Below are positions 9,352 through 19,945 of a stretch of 20,000 nucleotides of DNA, piece by piece. Position numbers and translations under genes: made by a program. The stretch comes from Halocafeteria seosinensis (Eukaryota). The notes beneath the pieces are model-generated. The model was not told the DNA's origin and ran no database searches. It was given only the letters and a program-made list of their open reading frames with translations. The stretch is taken from NCBI GenBank assembly GCA_001687465.1, contig LVLI01000084.1, forward strand, positions 294,787 through 314,786, in the 5' to 3' direction. The first letter of the stretch is position 1, and each line of letters starts with the position of its first letter.

Positions 9352-11701
9352 TTACTCCCTGCTGGCAGATGTCCCTGGGGCGGGGGTCGTAGAGTATGCA
9401 GGCGTCCTCCGCTGCGCAGCTGAACCAACGTAGGCGGGAGTAGATGATCCGCCGCTGTATCCTCCCTGGTAGTTTTCTAGAGATTGAGTTATCGGGTTCT
9501 CGGGCGGTGCTTCTCGCAGAGCCTCGAATCCTAATTCCTCCCTGGGTACGCCGTATTCCCTCATCAAATTTTCGTAATTATCTATTAGCCTGCAGATGCC
9601 AATGACGGGCTATATCAGGATAAGCCGTGATTGCTCCACAACGCTTAACTAAAAATACCATACCGATTGTGTGCCGCCACTACGCGCTGCAGCTCACTAT
9701 GCAACTCCCGAATGGCGGCATCTTTAGTAGCGAGGACCTCCTCCAGTCGATGAGCAAAATCGCCCATGGTCTCCTCGTCCAAATTGGCCTGGGACAATAT
9801 CTCTCCCAATGCAGCATCTTGCTTTTCCACCTGGAGAAAGCGAAATGTCTAATTGATAACTAAGATTCCCTAAATGCACGACTTAGAGCATACCTCTTGC
9901 CCTGCTACTTCCATCTTCTTTTCAAGCAACATATGTCGGAAACCAGCTTTCTGCTGAACATCGTATAAGCTTTCAGTAAACCTTTCGAACAATTCATCCC
10001 TCTCTTTTCGTAGCCGTTCCAAACGTTGCTCCAATATTTCATGCTCCCATTGGAGGGTTGCCAATTCATCTTCTTGAGATAAGATCTTACCCTGAAGTTT
10101 ACGGGGAGGAAAAATACAGTGACGAAGTCTATGGAGACATTGGTCCGGACGGAATGACGCACCTTAACATTATCTAGTTCTTCAAGATCTTGTAGATAAC
10201 GCTCCCTTTCTCCCTTTAGCTTTTTCGACTCTTCTAGAGCCCGCGCCAAAGGAGCAGACATGCGCTTATTCTCTTGAGCAATAGCAACAATCCGTTGCTC
10301 ATCCTGAGCTTCTTTCTTGGCCAGCTCATTTACTTCCTCCTTGAGACTGCATTAGAGAGACAATACACGGTAGAGTGCATCAGAAGAGGTACTTATCCAA
10401 TTGGACTACGAGCGTTGCTTACCTCTTGATCATATCTAGATTCGAATGGGTGATTTCATTGTAGTAGTTCTTAATATCTTGGAAGGCCTTTTCATGAGCT
10501 TTAATCAACTGCAAATTTGGTAGGAACGAAGAGAATCACTAACAAACTCTAACAAAACTCGAAAGCATTTCGACCTACCTGTTCTATGTGTTTTGATTTC
10601 CTTTGTTCAATTCGGCGCACGCTGGCCTCTCGTTTGTCGAAGAGTTCTTTCCTTGTGACCTGTAAACCGCAGGATTCGATTAAGGGCAGGAAAGTTCAGA
10701 GAAGCTATTGCTAACCACATACCGTCATTTTGTCTTCGTATTGCGAACAAAGCTCTCGGGATTCACGCTCAAACTCCAGGCGTAATTGAGTAATGTCGGC
10801 GTCGTGGCGTTTTTTTAACTCTCTGAGTCAAGTGAGCACAGCTACGTCTGTTTGCAACGTCAGCTAACCGAAGTCGATGATTCTGCTGAGTCTTACCTCA
10901 TATATTGTTCGTGTGCCACTCGTTTTTCTCTTCTTATCTTTTCTAGTGACCAAATGTCCTTCTTTAGCTCAGCTACCGATTCCCTGTGTTCATCCTGTTT
11001 CAACTTCAGGTTGACTTGAGCGTCTGCGGGATAACACCAGCGTATTTAACAAATATTGCATCTCTATAACCGTAGTAAGAATGAGCAATTGCTTACCTGT
11101 TTTATCTTCTGTTGTTTCAGATTGATGCTCGTAAAGTAGATGCTTTACACGTTGTTTATAGACCTGCACAGTCGCAACGGAAACATTCGTGAAGCACTTT
11201 GTTTCGGCCCCCCACGAGTAACAAATTTCCCCAAAGGAAAGACATGCTACTCGTGCATCCCACTGATATTGCTGACTGAATAACTCACCTTTATCTCCAC
11301 ATCATGTTTTTCCTTGAGGTCTTCTAATTCGCGCTCCTTGTTACGAAGTTCGGCTTTCTTGTCTTCCAAGTCCCGTTTAGCTACGATCCAAAAGTGGTTT
11401 AATTTATCCTGTTTGAAGTATACAGTGTGGCAGACACAAGTGCGTGCATACAAAGAAGGCAATTTTTACTAGCCATAGTTAATGCACTCACCTTGTGCTG
11501 CTGGAATTCGTTAAATTGCAGTTCTTCACGAGCGACGGCTTGTTTCAATTCAACACAGCGATCCACCAGCGCCCTCCTCTTTTGCTGTTCCTCTTCTTGA
11601 GCTTCAGCGCTCAGTTCATTCGCTCCCTGTTGCTGCTCATTCTCACCAGCAGCATCGTTTTTCTCCTGTTGCTGCTGGTTCTGTTGCCGCCGGGGAGGCA
11701 T
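9352..11701 (-). CDS. GAS8: Dynein regulatory complex subunit 4 / growth arrest-specific protein 8
   Basis: 11 exons: 11701-11492, 11408-11289, 11163-11097, 11023-10897, 10822-10723, 10659-10579, 10508-10423, 10346-10163, 10091-9894, 9830-9664 and 9589-9352. Peptide FQQHK/DKLNHFW...AELRNKERE...[20 protein letters not shown]...[23 protein letters not shown]...[11 protein letters not shown]...ERDEL...[15 protein letters not shown]...AHNR/LIDNYE...[10 protein letters not shown] is typical of GAS8/DRC4. Confidence 0.95.
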
Positions 11702-11978
11702 TGTGCGCGCTCCTTGCCGTTACCACCAAACGGCCGTCTAGAGACAAACACAACAACCGAGTAATTGTTTGATATGTATGAATTTATCATACATACCTGT
11801 CATATACAATACACTACAGTCATACAGAGCTTAACGCTCGTAACAGCGCTAGTATCTATACCGATTGCTCCTTGTCTACATGCGACCTGGCGGTGGGCGA
11901 CCCTAGCGGGACCGGGAATTCGCCGGCCCATGCCCCATATAGACAGAAAGCAAATGGTTTGGCTGCGCTGTATGCGGT

Positions 11979-11988
11979 ATACACGTGA
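11979..11988 (+). promoter_or_regulatory. Candidate E-box/G-box element ATACACGTGA upstream of CCDC47
   Basis: 70 nt upstream of the ATG at 12059 and followed by ATTGG (reverse CCAAT). Same 10-mer and same relative orientation as upstream of TECR. Confidence 0.4.
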
Positions 11989-12058
11989 AACATTGGAAGC
12001 TCTCCTTGTATGGCGTAAGATTGGTACTTGTAGAAAGTTTCCTCGGATAGGCGGCATC

Positions 12059-13917
12059 ATGAAGGGCAATGGGAGAACGATAGGCGGAGTCAGCAATGGA
12101 AGCAGCCATGGCTTATCCAAGACATGCATGAGCTTTTTGTTAGTTATTTCGTTACTTTGTCTCTTCTCGGCCTCACAATATGATACGGATACGTATGCCG
12201 CAACTGTGTCTCCGGCGTGGGTACGATTGGCAGCCACAACATGCGTGATCTTGGCTCCGACAACCATCACAGGCAGGGGAGAAGTGTCCAAAGTGGCCTG
12301 GGCTACAACTTCCACTGCATTTCTCATGCCTTCTGTAGCACTTGGACAGGAGGACATTGACCTCGATTTCGATGACGAGGAAGAAGAAGATGAGGAGTTT
12401 GGCGACATGCCTACTGAAACGCAGCCACGGGAGCATACCGAAATAGAAACTGATACCGGAAGTCAGCACACCACAGCTCAAAGTGGAGATTCTTTAAGCG
12501 ATGCAGATAGTCAAGAAGTAAAACCTCCTACTCAGACAAAAGGTATGTGTAACTGGTTCTCCATGTGATAGAGTCTCGGCCGGCACCCATCAGTATATCG
12601 ATCTGTGGCCAACAGGTGTATCAGCACCGAGGCAATTCCACCGTTTTCAGCCGTGGGAATATCTTGGGATTATCTTTGTGGTATTGTATGTGGGAAATTT
12701 CTTTTATGGCATGAGAAAGAACCGCGAAATCGCCTATGCATGGTATGTCCAAAGATAGTTCTGGTGTTGCTACTCGTTCTACGACCTTAAAATGTGTATC
12801 CAGGTGGAGTACGTTCCAACCTCTATTTGAGAAACAATTTAGTGTCCTCGGAGAACAGCAGGTAATGGTGGAGCAAAAAAAGAGGACTAACCCCGTAGAG
12901 GCCGTTCCGGACACCTCGGAAGAGCCAGTTTTGGTCTCCGAATCCTATCATTCGTTTTCACTGTATGCCTCCGGACGAAAGAACGTAATAGGGTGCCGTG
13001 TGCACATTAGTCTTCGCCAGCGCCAAGATCTCCTGAGCTATTTGACCACAGTTGTCTATCCTCAAGAAGACACGATTACCATTGAAGTCCCCCTATCGAT
13101 GAATTCTAAGGAGCCCTATGTGTTTGCAGTAGTCCCTAGTGCCCAAGCCAAGACCTTGCACGAACAAAAACAGGACCTGTCCAGTTACAGCAAAATGATA
13201 CCTGAGGGACGTCTCGGTGGCCCCATCGGGAAGAATTCCGTACTAACAGACTGTCCGGAGCTTGTGGATGATTTGCTACATGAACAAGTTCGTAAGGTTA
13301 TATTTAACAACAGTCCGCAGACTAAAGCCCAAAAGGAGCAGGCATCTTCTCATTCAAGGAGACATAAGCGAGCTGCCCAGAATGAAGCAGCGTCTGGATC
13401 CTCATCTAAAGTCCGCTCTCGGAAGCCATTGTTTTCTATGTTCCATTTTACAGATGATTCTGCTGGTGCCGGTTTGTAAGTAATTTGAGATACAACCAGC
13501 CTGACACGATGTAGTAGTCGACGTCTTTGCACCCCTTGCAGCGAATCCTCCTCCATGTCCAGAAACGTGCTATATTTCAAGTTCAAGCTACCAAACAGCA
13601 ATGCTATGGACGATTTAACTCCTTTGATTGAGATGGTTTTTCATTATATTGATTTAGTAGCTACTACTAAACTTTCCCGAGAAGCTCGAAAGCACGTAGA
13701 AAAACTGAGAGAGAATAAGCAGACGTCAACCAAAGAAGAGGCAAGCGAGAAGACAGACCACCAGATCCGAATGGAGAATGCTCAACGCAAACGCGAGCAA
13801 AAGTTATTAGAGCAACAGGAAAGGATGGCGTCAATGAACCCTAAAGAAGCTGCAAAATTGGATGAGAAGCTACGACAAAAGAATTCTAAGATACAAACAA
13901 AAGTAGTACGAAAGTAG
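12059..13917 (+). CDS. CCDC47: PAT complex subunit CCDC47 (DUF1682) homologue
   Basis: Exons 12059(?)-12542, 12616-12742, 12804-13475 and 13542-13917. Introns 73, 61 and 66 nt. Signal-like hydrophobic N-terminus, acidic luminal tract, TM segment EYLGIIFVVLYVGNFFYGMRKNREIAYAW, then YASGR...LRQRQDL, YVFAVV, HFTD and a C-terminal basic coiled coil (KLSREARKH...AQRKREQK). Alternative starts include 12128. Confidence 0.85.
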
Positions 13918-14074
13918 TATGCAATATATCAGAGCAAGATTCGCATATTAGAAAGCAGCTCACAAATCCGTGAGAGGAAATTCATGCGTTAATTAGGTAT
14001 CAGCCTGTCAAGAAGGCAACTCCAGGAATCTTAAACCATCTTGGGGCACTTACCCAACCCTTGTACTTTGCAAC

Positions 14075-14104
14075 AAGAAAAAAGAAAAAAAAAAGAAAGG
14101 AAAG
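14075..14104 (+). repeat. A-rich purine tract
   Basis: aagaaaaaagaaaaaaaaaagaaaggaaag; the longest A-rich run in the window, at the left edge of the anomalous intergenic block. Confidence 0.7.
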
Positions 14105-14254
14105 CCATGTTCGTACTCTCTTGATGCTTACGAGGAGAATGGGTCAATGACCCATTACGTTACCCCATGTGAAGTGGTAAACCCAAAGGGGGCCGCATTA
14201 GTATATAGTATCATTGTAACCAGTCAACTGTGGTTCTCTCATCAATGCCTCTCT

Positions 14255-15211
14255 TCAATCGCTTGGCTCCGAACAATAACTTTCGGTTCCAGGCGACAGT
14301 GGATGAGAGCAATAAGGACAGTGGCGCCAACTGGAGGGGAAATGATCATCAGGATGGAAGTCATCATCAGAACTGAACCGAAGCGGAAGCGCAACGGGAA
14401 TAGTGATACCTAGGCAGCTAGTTCAGGAACAACATGGCACTGATGGCAGCGAGTGTAACCCCTCTTCGTCCCAGGCAAGAGCATACGACAAAAGGCAATC
14501 AGTTTGTCACTGAGTTCTGAGTGATTATCCGCACTGAACATGGTAGCCATGGCAGCTTCTCTCAATTTGCCTTGTTTCTTAATTTTGATTTAGAAACTAA
14601 TAGCACATTCCTGAAGATTCTTAGGACCGGCATTAGTGCATCGAATCCGCGTGCGATATTTAGGTAAGGAATCGCTCGAAATGACTATGCGCATGACGTC
14701 TTGCTCCGTCGTCCACACCTCGAAGAGCCCCGTGGCCTCTATCGCGAACGGGATAATTGGTCGTTTAAATGTCTGTCTTTTGTCCGCTTCATCTTCTGTG
14801 CTTTTGCCGCGATAATGAGGGGGCTTCCCCCTGTCTGCCTCAGACCCGTCTAACACTGAGCTCTTCCCAACGAACGCTTACAATTGTAGGACCATACGGA
14901 GCACAGTTCCTAGAGGTTACCAAGTGATTGTCCGATACCCATCGACACCCTACACGGAGGCAAAATGGGGCCATTCCACCTACCTGCATTCAAGTCCTCG
15001 TCTTCGTCCTCGGCATCCAACACGTCGGTGTCATCTTGCCCACCAACATCTTGTTCACGTTCACCATTGTCTTCTCCTTTACTTGCATTCAAGTTCTCCT
15101 CTTTGTCCTCCGCATCGAATGCGTCGTTGTCCTCTGTGGCAACCGCCAAGATGGCCTCCTCGTACAAGTAGTTGTCCTCCTCCTCCTCCTTTAACCACTC
15201 AATGCGGGGGC
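14255..15211 (-). pseudogene. Chain of broken ORFs: decayed gene or retroelement remnant
   Basis: Minus-strand segments: an acidic repeat ORF (15167-14910); an ORF with KPPHY...IIPFAIEATG (14856-14590); an in-frame continuation past TAA containing CHQC; and a frameshifted segment with CPYC ending at 14255. No consistent GT..CAG splicing repairs it. Confidence 0.35.
14983..15136. repeat. Imperfect direct repeat, ~55-bp unit, 99-bp period
   Basis: tgcattcaagtcctcgtcttcgtcctcggcatc (from 14985) versus tgcattcaagttctcctctttgtcctccgcatc (from 15084). Encodes DAEDEDEDLNA / DAEDKEENLNA on the minus strand. Confidence 0.8.
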
Positions 15212-15489
15212 ATTACAGCATCCTTGCCTAGTTGGTGTTTTTTGGACCCACGGCTGTAGCTTGATCAAAGACATAAACGGACAGATCAATACATACATAC
15301 CTACTAGGACTACCACGGTATTGAGCGTGGTACACTGGTAACCATATATGGAAGTGTGAACTTCCAAAAGTTTGCCATGGCCGCGAGCTGACACACTACA
15401 AGAGGGAGGGGTACAGAGCGTGAACAGTCCCTGTATTGGTATGCATCACCCTGGACAAGCCATTGGTATCTAGCGCTCTTGTGTGAACG

Positions 15490-17387
15490 ATGGCGGCTGA
15501 AAGTAAAGTGGATAAAACAGAGCTGGAGAAGCGTATTTTACGCTACCTCCACGATAATGGCTCGATAGATAATACAAGAGACCGCCTCTCTGAATTCGGT
15601 GTTCAGGACCATACCGACATGGTAGGTTGCCTGAAGTCTTTGCACTCGGATGGATATGTGGAGCTGGAAGAAATCAAAAAGGAGGAGTATGTCTTGACGG
15701 ATGAAGCCAAAGAGATCGTGGAGCAAGGCTCTCCCGAATTTCACTTCTGCCAGCAACTTCCCAATGAGGGCATGCTCGTGAAGGAAGCCGCAAAGCAATT
15801 TTCTAAAGGCTTTGGGAAAGCGAAAAAGGCCCAGTGGGTGGCTATACAAAAAGATACGGTCGTGCCGAAAGTAAGACAAGACGCGTGGATTGTGGATGGA
15901 GGACGTTTGCAAACGCATTGCGCCGAGTATATTGGATTTGCTGCAGGATGTGCCCAAAGAGGATGAACCACAAGTACTTTTGCAGCGCATTGTCAATGGA
16001 GACGAACCCGATGCCAAGACTATGAAAGATTTGCAAAAGAGGAAACTAGTTAAACTTGAGTAAGTGATTTCGGGTGTTTGGCTGAAATGCGTTTTACTTT
16101 GACTGTTTTGCATCCTCCCTCAGGAAAAGTACATCGTATAAGGTGAACAAAGGACCTAATTATGCTTTGGAACGAAAGCGCCAACCGGTAGATTTTACTC
16201 AAGATCTTCTCGATAGGTAAGCGCACTGTTGATACTTTTCTGGGGATCATAGGTACAAGCATTGCGTCAAATAAGGATATGCAGCGGCGAATGGGCTAAC
16301 CTGTCGTTCAAGCCATACAATTTCAAGTCTCTTGGAGCTCCCGTGGGTGGAGGATGCTTGCATCCGCTATTGAAAGTCCGCACAGAATTCCGTCAAATTC
16401 TCTTAGAGATGGGATTCTCCGAAATGCCTACGAATCGATGGGTTGAAAATAGTTTTTGGAATTTTGATGCACTCTTCCAACCTCAAAGTCATCCTGCTAG
16501 AGATATGCACGATACTTTCTTTGTTAAAGATCCTGCTCAATCTACTAAGTTTCCTGAAGATTACTTAGAGCGTGTAAAAAAAATGCATGAGGAGGGTGGT
16601 CATGGCAGCATTGGCTACCGCTATGATTGGAAACGGGAAGAGGCTCAAAAGAACATTCTGAGAACTCATACTACCGCTGTTTCGGCGAGGATGCTATATG
16701 AGCTTGCTAATGTAGGTTATGCGCGTTCTTGGATTTGGCTATTTCATCATTTCAAACAGAAATTTCTTCCTTCTGTATTTCCAACAGAGCAAGGGTGGTT
16801 TTCAACCCACCCGATACTTCAGCATCGACCGTGTTTTCAGGAATGAGACCCTAGACGCTACTCATTTGGCAGAGTTCCATCAAGTGGAAGGGCTAGTAGC
16901 AGACTACAACCTCAGCATGCGAGATTTGATCGGCACGATAGCGGAGTTCTTCCGTAGAATCGGTATTGACAAACTCAAGTTCAAGCCCGCATATAATCCG
17001 TGAGTTGGCATTCTCCAGTCAATTATCAACCCCTGTGATTTAGCCTTGATTTCCTTTCCCTGTCGCAGGTATACCGAGCCATCCATGGAAATTTTCGGTT
17101 ATCATCCCGACTTAAAGAAATGGACAGAAATAGGAAACTCAGGTATTTTCCGCCCGGAAATGCTCGCGCCCATGGGCTTGCCGTCTAACGTTAGAGTCAT
17201 TGCCTGGGGTCTTTCTTTGGAGAGACCAACCATGATCAAATATAGACTGCGCAACATCAGGGATCTTTGCGGTCATAAAGTGCCGATTTCCCAGATCCGT
17301 ACTAGCCCTATCGTGCGCTTTAAGAGTGCGCCTAGCCGCCCGGATGGCACCACCGCGGCTGATTTGGACACAACAGTAGACAACTAG
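15490..17387 (+). CDS. FARSA: Phenylalanine--tRNA ligase alpha subunit (cytosolic)
   Basis: Exons 15490-15870, 15947-16059, 16124-16216, 16285-16711, 16788-16999 and 17069-17387. Introns 76, 64, 68, 76 and 69 nt. Motifs [86 protein letters not shown] and [12 protein letters not shown]. Confidence 0.98.
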
Positions 17388-17419
17388 CAAACTATGAGAA
17401 AAATACAATATACAAGTGT

Positions 17420-19457
17420 TTAGACACCAGCCTCTCGTAGCGCATCTTGAACTAATGATTGAGCAATGGATGCTGATTGCTGCCGATTGGAAGTTTGCAT
17501 CTGCTGCTCATAGGAATATTCCTGGGAGCTTCGTGACCTAGAATGATCTTGAGACACATGCTGAGCGCGGTCAGGATTGCTCGAGACTCGTGACAAAAGA
17601 TGGGAGTACTTTGTTGATCCAGCCTCGGAAGCAATCTTCTCGACGAGCGCACGCGCACGTGATTTTGCCGAATCCTGAAACTGACCCGCGTCACTGCGAA
17701 AGCTCGTTTCAAAGGAACTTGGGACGTGTGAAGGCTCATAATGAGATGTCTTGTGCTGGTGGGCATCCGGTTCGCCTCGTTCTTGTGCTAGTTCCTTTCG
17801 AAGGCTGGCCACCTGTTGTACCAATGTCGTCTGGAGTACTGCTTTTGCATTTCTGGTATTTTCGAGTGAATGCTTAAGGTCCTCTACTTCATCCTCTAGC
17901 CTCTGTCGAGCAACTGTCGCCGAAGCAGACTTGGAAACTGCTTCTCTACGTGCATCTTCTTCTTCCTTAAGCTTAGCGCGCAAATCTTCTGTCTGGTTAT
18001 ATAGTTCCTGGACTCGCCCTTCCCATTGATCCTTCCAACTCTCTTTCTCCTCTCTTAACTCCTCCAGCTCATATTTCGATTCCTCCATCTCTTTCTTCAG
18101 CTTTTCGTTTTCACGTTCAAGCTCACTCGTTCGGGTGCGCATTTCGTTGTATTTCGAGTAATAGTGCTCAACATCATTTTTTTTCTCCTCCAGACTACTA
18201 CGCAGATATTCACATTCCCTGCCGAGCTCTTCTGATTGCTCTTCAGCGGTTTCCGCCCTTTTCCTCATATTCTCATAAGCCTGTTGGGTGCTTTTCTGTT
18301 TGTGCTGCAAGTCATCGGCTTTGCTGGAAACATGCTCTTTCTCGCTCCGCAACGATTGCGCCTCATCTTTTGCAGCCCGTGCTTCCGATTGAGCATGCTC
18401 CAATGACTTTTGGAGCGACGAGACTTTAGCCGAGTGTTCTTCAATATAATCAAGTGTGGCATCGCGTTCTCGTTGTACACGCTCCAATTCATGCTGAAGA
18501 TCTTGTATCCTACGCTGGTAGTCGGTATTACCTTGCTCGAGTTCGTTCTCTTTCTGTTGTAACGACTGAACCTGACCCTCAGCACTCTGCAACCGCTCCT
18601 GTAAATTTTGAATTTGGTTGTCTAGATTCCTTATATGATCTGAACGAAAATAATGGTTCCAATAATATAAAACCTCTCGTCTATGTCACCTGAGACGGTA
18701 CGACACTTACGGTCACGTTCATATACACCATGCTCAGCTGCTTTGGCTGCTTCCCTCCATCGGGCCAACTCGTATAAAAGACTATTTCGAACATTATTAG
18801 AATAATTCCCCGTGTGCTGCCCTCCGCCAGGAGCGTCATTGGCCTCATACGGGGATCGAGACAAGTCCACTTCGGATGCCAGTTCTTCTACGCGAACTTC
18901 CAGAGCTGTACTGAGCACGCTAAGTTCGTGTGACAGCTCCTGAATCTGGTCATTTTGGTACTTTATATGATTTTGGTCTTGCTGTTTCTCCTGCCGGAGC
19001 TGCTGAATTGTTTGCTTCAGTTTATAGTTCTCATCAATGAGTCCCTTATCCGATACGCCGTTAGCCAAGCGATTCTCTAGTTTGGCAATGTATTGCTGTT
19101 GGGAAGAGCGCTTTTTGTCTAGTTTCTCCTTTTCTGCCTTGTAATAGTCTAACTGCAAAATCGTACGACCACAATGAAGCACACATTCACCTGGAACGAA
19201 GACATGGGTCACTTACGGATTTCTTGGTGGTCGATTTCTCCCTGTTCAAGCGCTCATTTTCCCCTTTCGTCGCCGACAGTTCCGTCTGCAGTTTCTCATT
19301 CTGTACACACGAAACAGCGTTAATGATTGTCATTGAGTCTACACTCACACAATGCACTAACCTTCCTCTGCGACGTCTCCAGCTGCCGTTGAAGTCTCTC
19401 GTAAGCCCGCTGACTTTCCGAGAGCTCCTTCCTCAGCTGCTGCTCCACGTTTATCAT
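17420..19457 (-). CDS. Uncharacterised long coiled-coil protein
   Basis: Exons 19457(?)-19362, 19300-19217, 19152-18711 and 18639-17420 splice in frame through GT..CAG introns of 61, 64 and 71 nt. The sequence is E/K/Q/R-rich and heptad-like. The 5' end is unresolved (further exons possible up to about 19700). No family recognised. Confidence 0.8.
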
Positions 19458-19945
19458 CTCCCACGGGTGTGCATACGTCCGGCATAGCAATCGACAAACA
19501 ACGTCGCGTATACACGAGCTTAACGGACGCTCCGGAGCCCACCTTCACAAACTGGATCGGATAGATGTTGCAACTTGCAGTTGAAGTCCACCTCGAAGAA
19601 ATTTCTAACCAAAGCACCGGAAACTTTCCAGTGGAAAGATGGAAGAATTGTAAAAGTTGTCGTGTTGACCCGTAATCGTACGAAAGAGAGTCCATTACAA
19701 ACCTGTTGTTGTTTGTTAAACAACACACGAACCAGTGGTTGGAGCATCGGTGCAACGACGTAAGTCCTGATCGGGAAGAAACCAGAGAGAAAAACCATGT
19801 TGTAGGTTTCTGCTGTCTGCTGGTTCTGGAAGCGAATTTTATCCAATTTTCAATAACATCAGGGGATTCAATGATTACAATGGCTTTACCAACATTCCTC
19901 ATTTGTTGCAAACTTTGCTACCGCTTGCAGTGAGTTCTCTGAATC

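Noticed and set aside
11800..12408. 202-aa antisense ORF, and the upstream extension of the plus ORF to 11765
   Set aside because: The poly-Ser start is the mirror of the CCDC47 acidic tract and no domain is recognisable. The plus extension begins at a TTG inside the GAS8 promoter region.
14075..14104. A-rich tract as the poly(A) tail of the putative retroelement
   Set aside because: Wrong strand: the decayed ORFs are on minus, which would need a T-run on plus.
14340..14375. TGATGA...CTGA on the minus strand as a C/D snoRNA
   Set aside because: Boxes are only about 10 nt apart and the stretch reads as DDDFHPDD in the decayed ORF.
15538..16113. 191-aa antisense ORF and similar shadows (17590-18029, 7618-8207, 3674-4018)
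   Set aside because: They lie opposite or within well-supported genes and show no independent coding signal.
18599..18710. Apparent frameshift between ORFs 18631-19212 and 17420-18592
   Set aside because: Resolved by intron 18710-18640 (71 nt), giving ERD/HHIRNLDNQIQNLQERLQ in frame.
47..19933. Many short fragmented ORFs suggesting pseudogenes, stop readthrough or an alternative genetic code
   Set aside because: Breaks in all recognised genes are explained by canonical GT..CAG introns with consistent phase. TAA, TAG and TGA need no reassignment.
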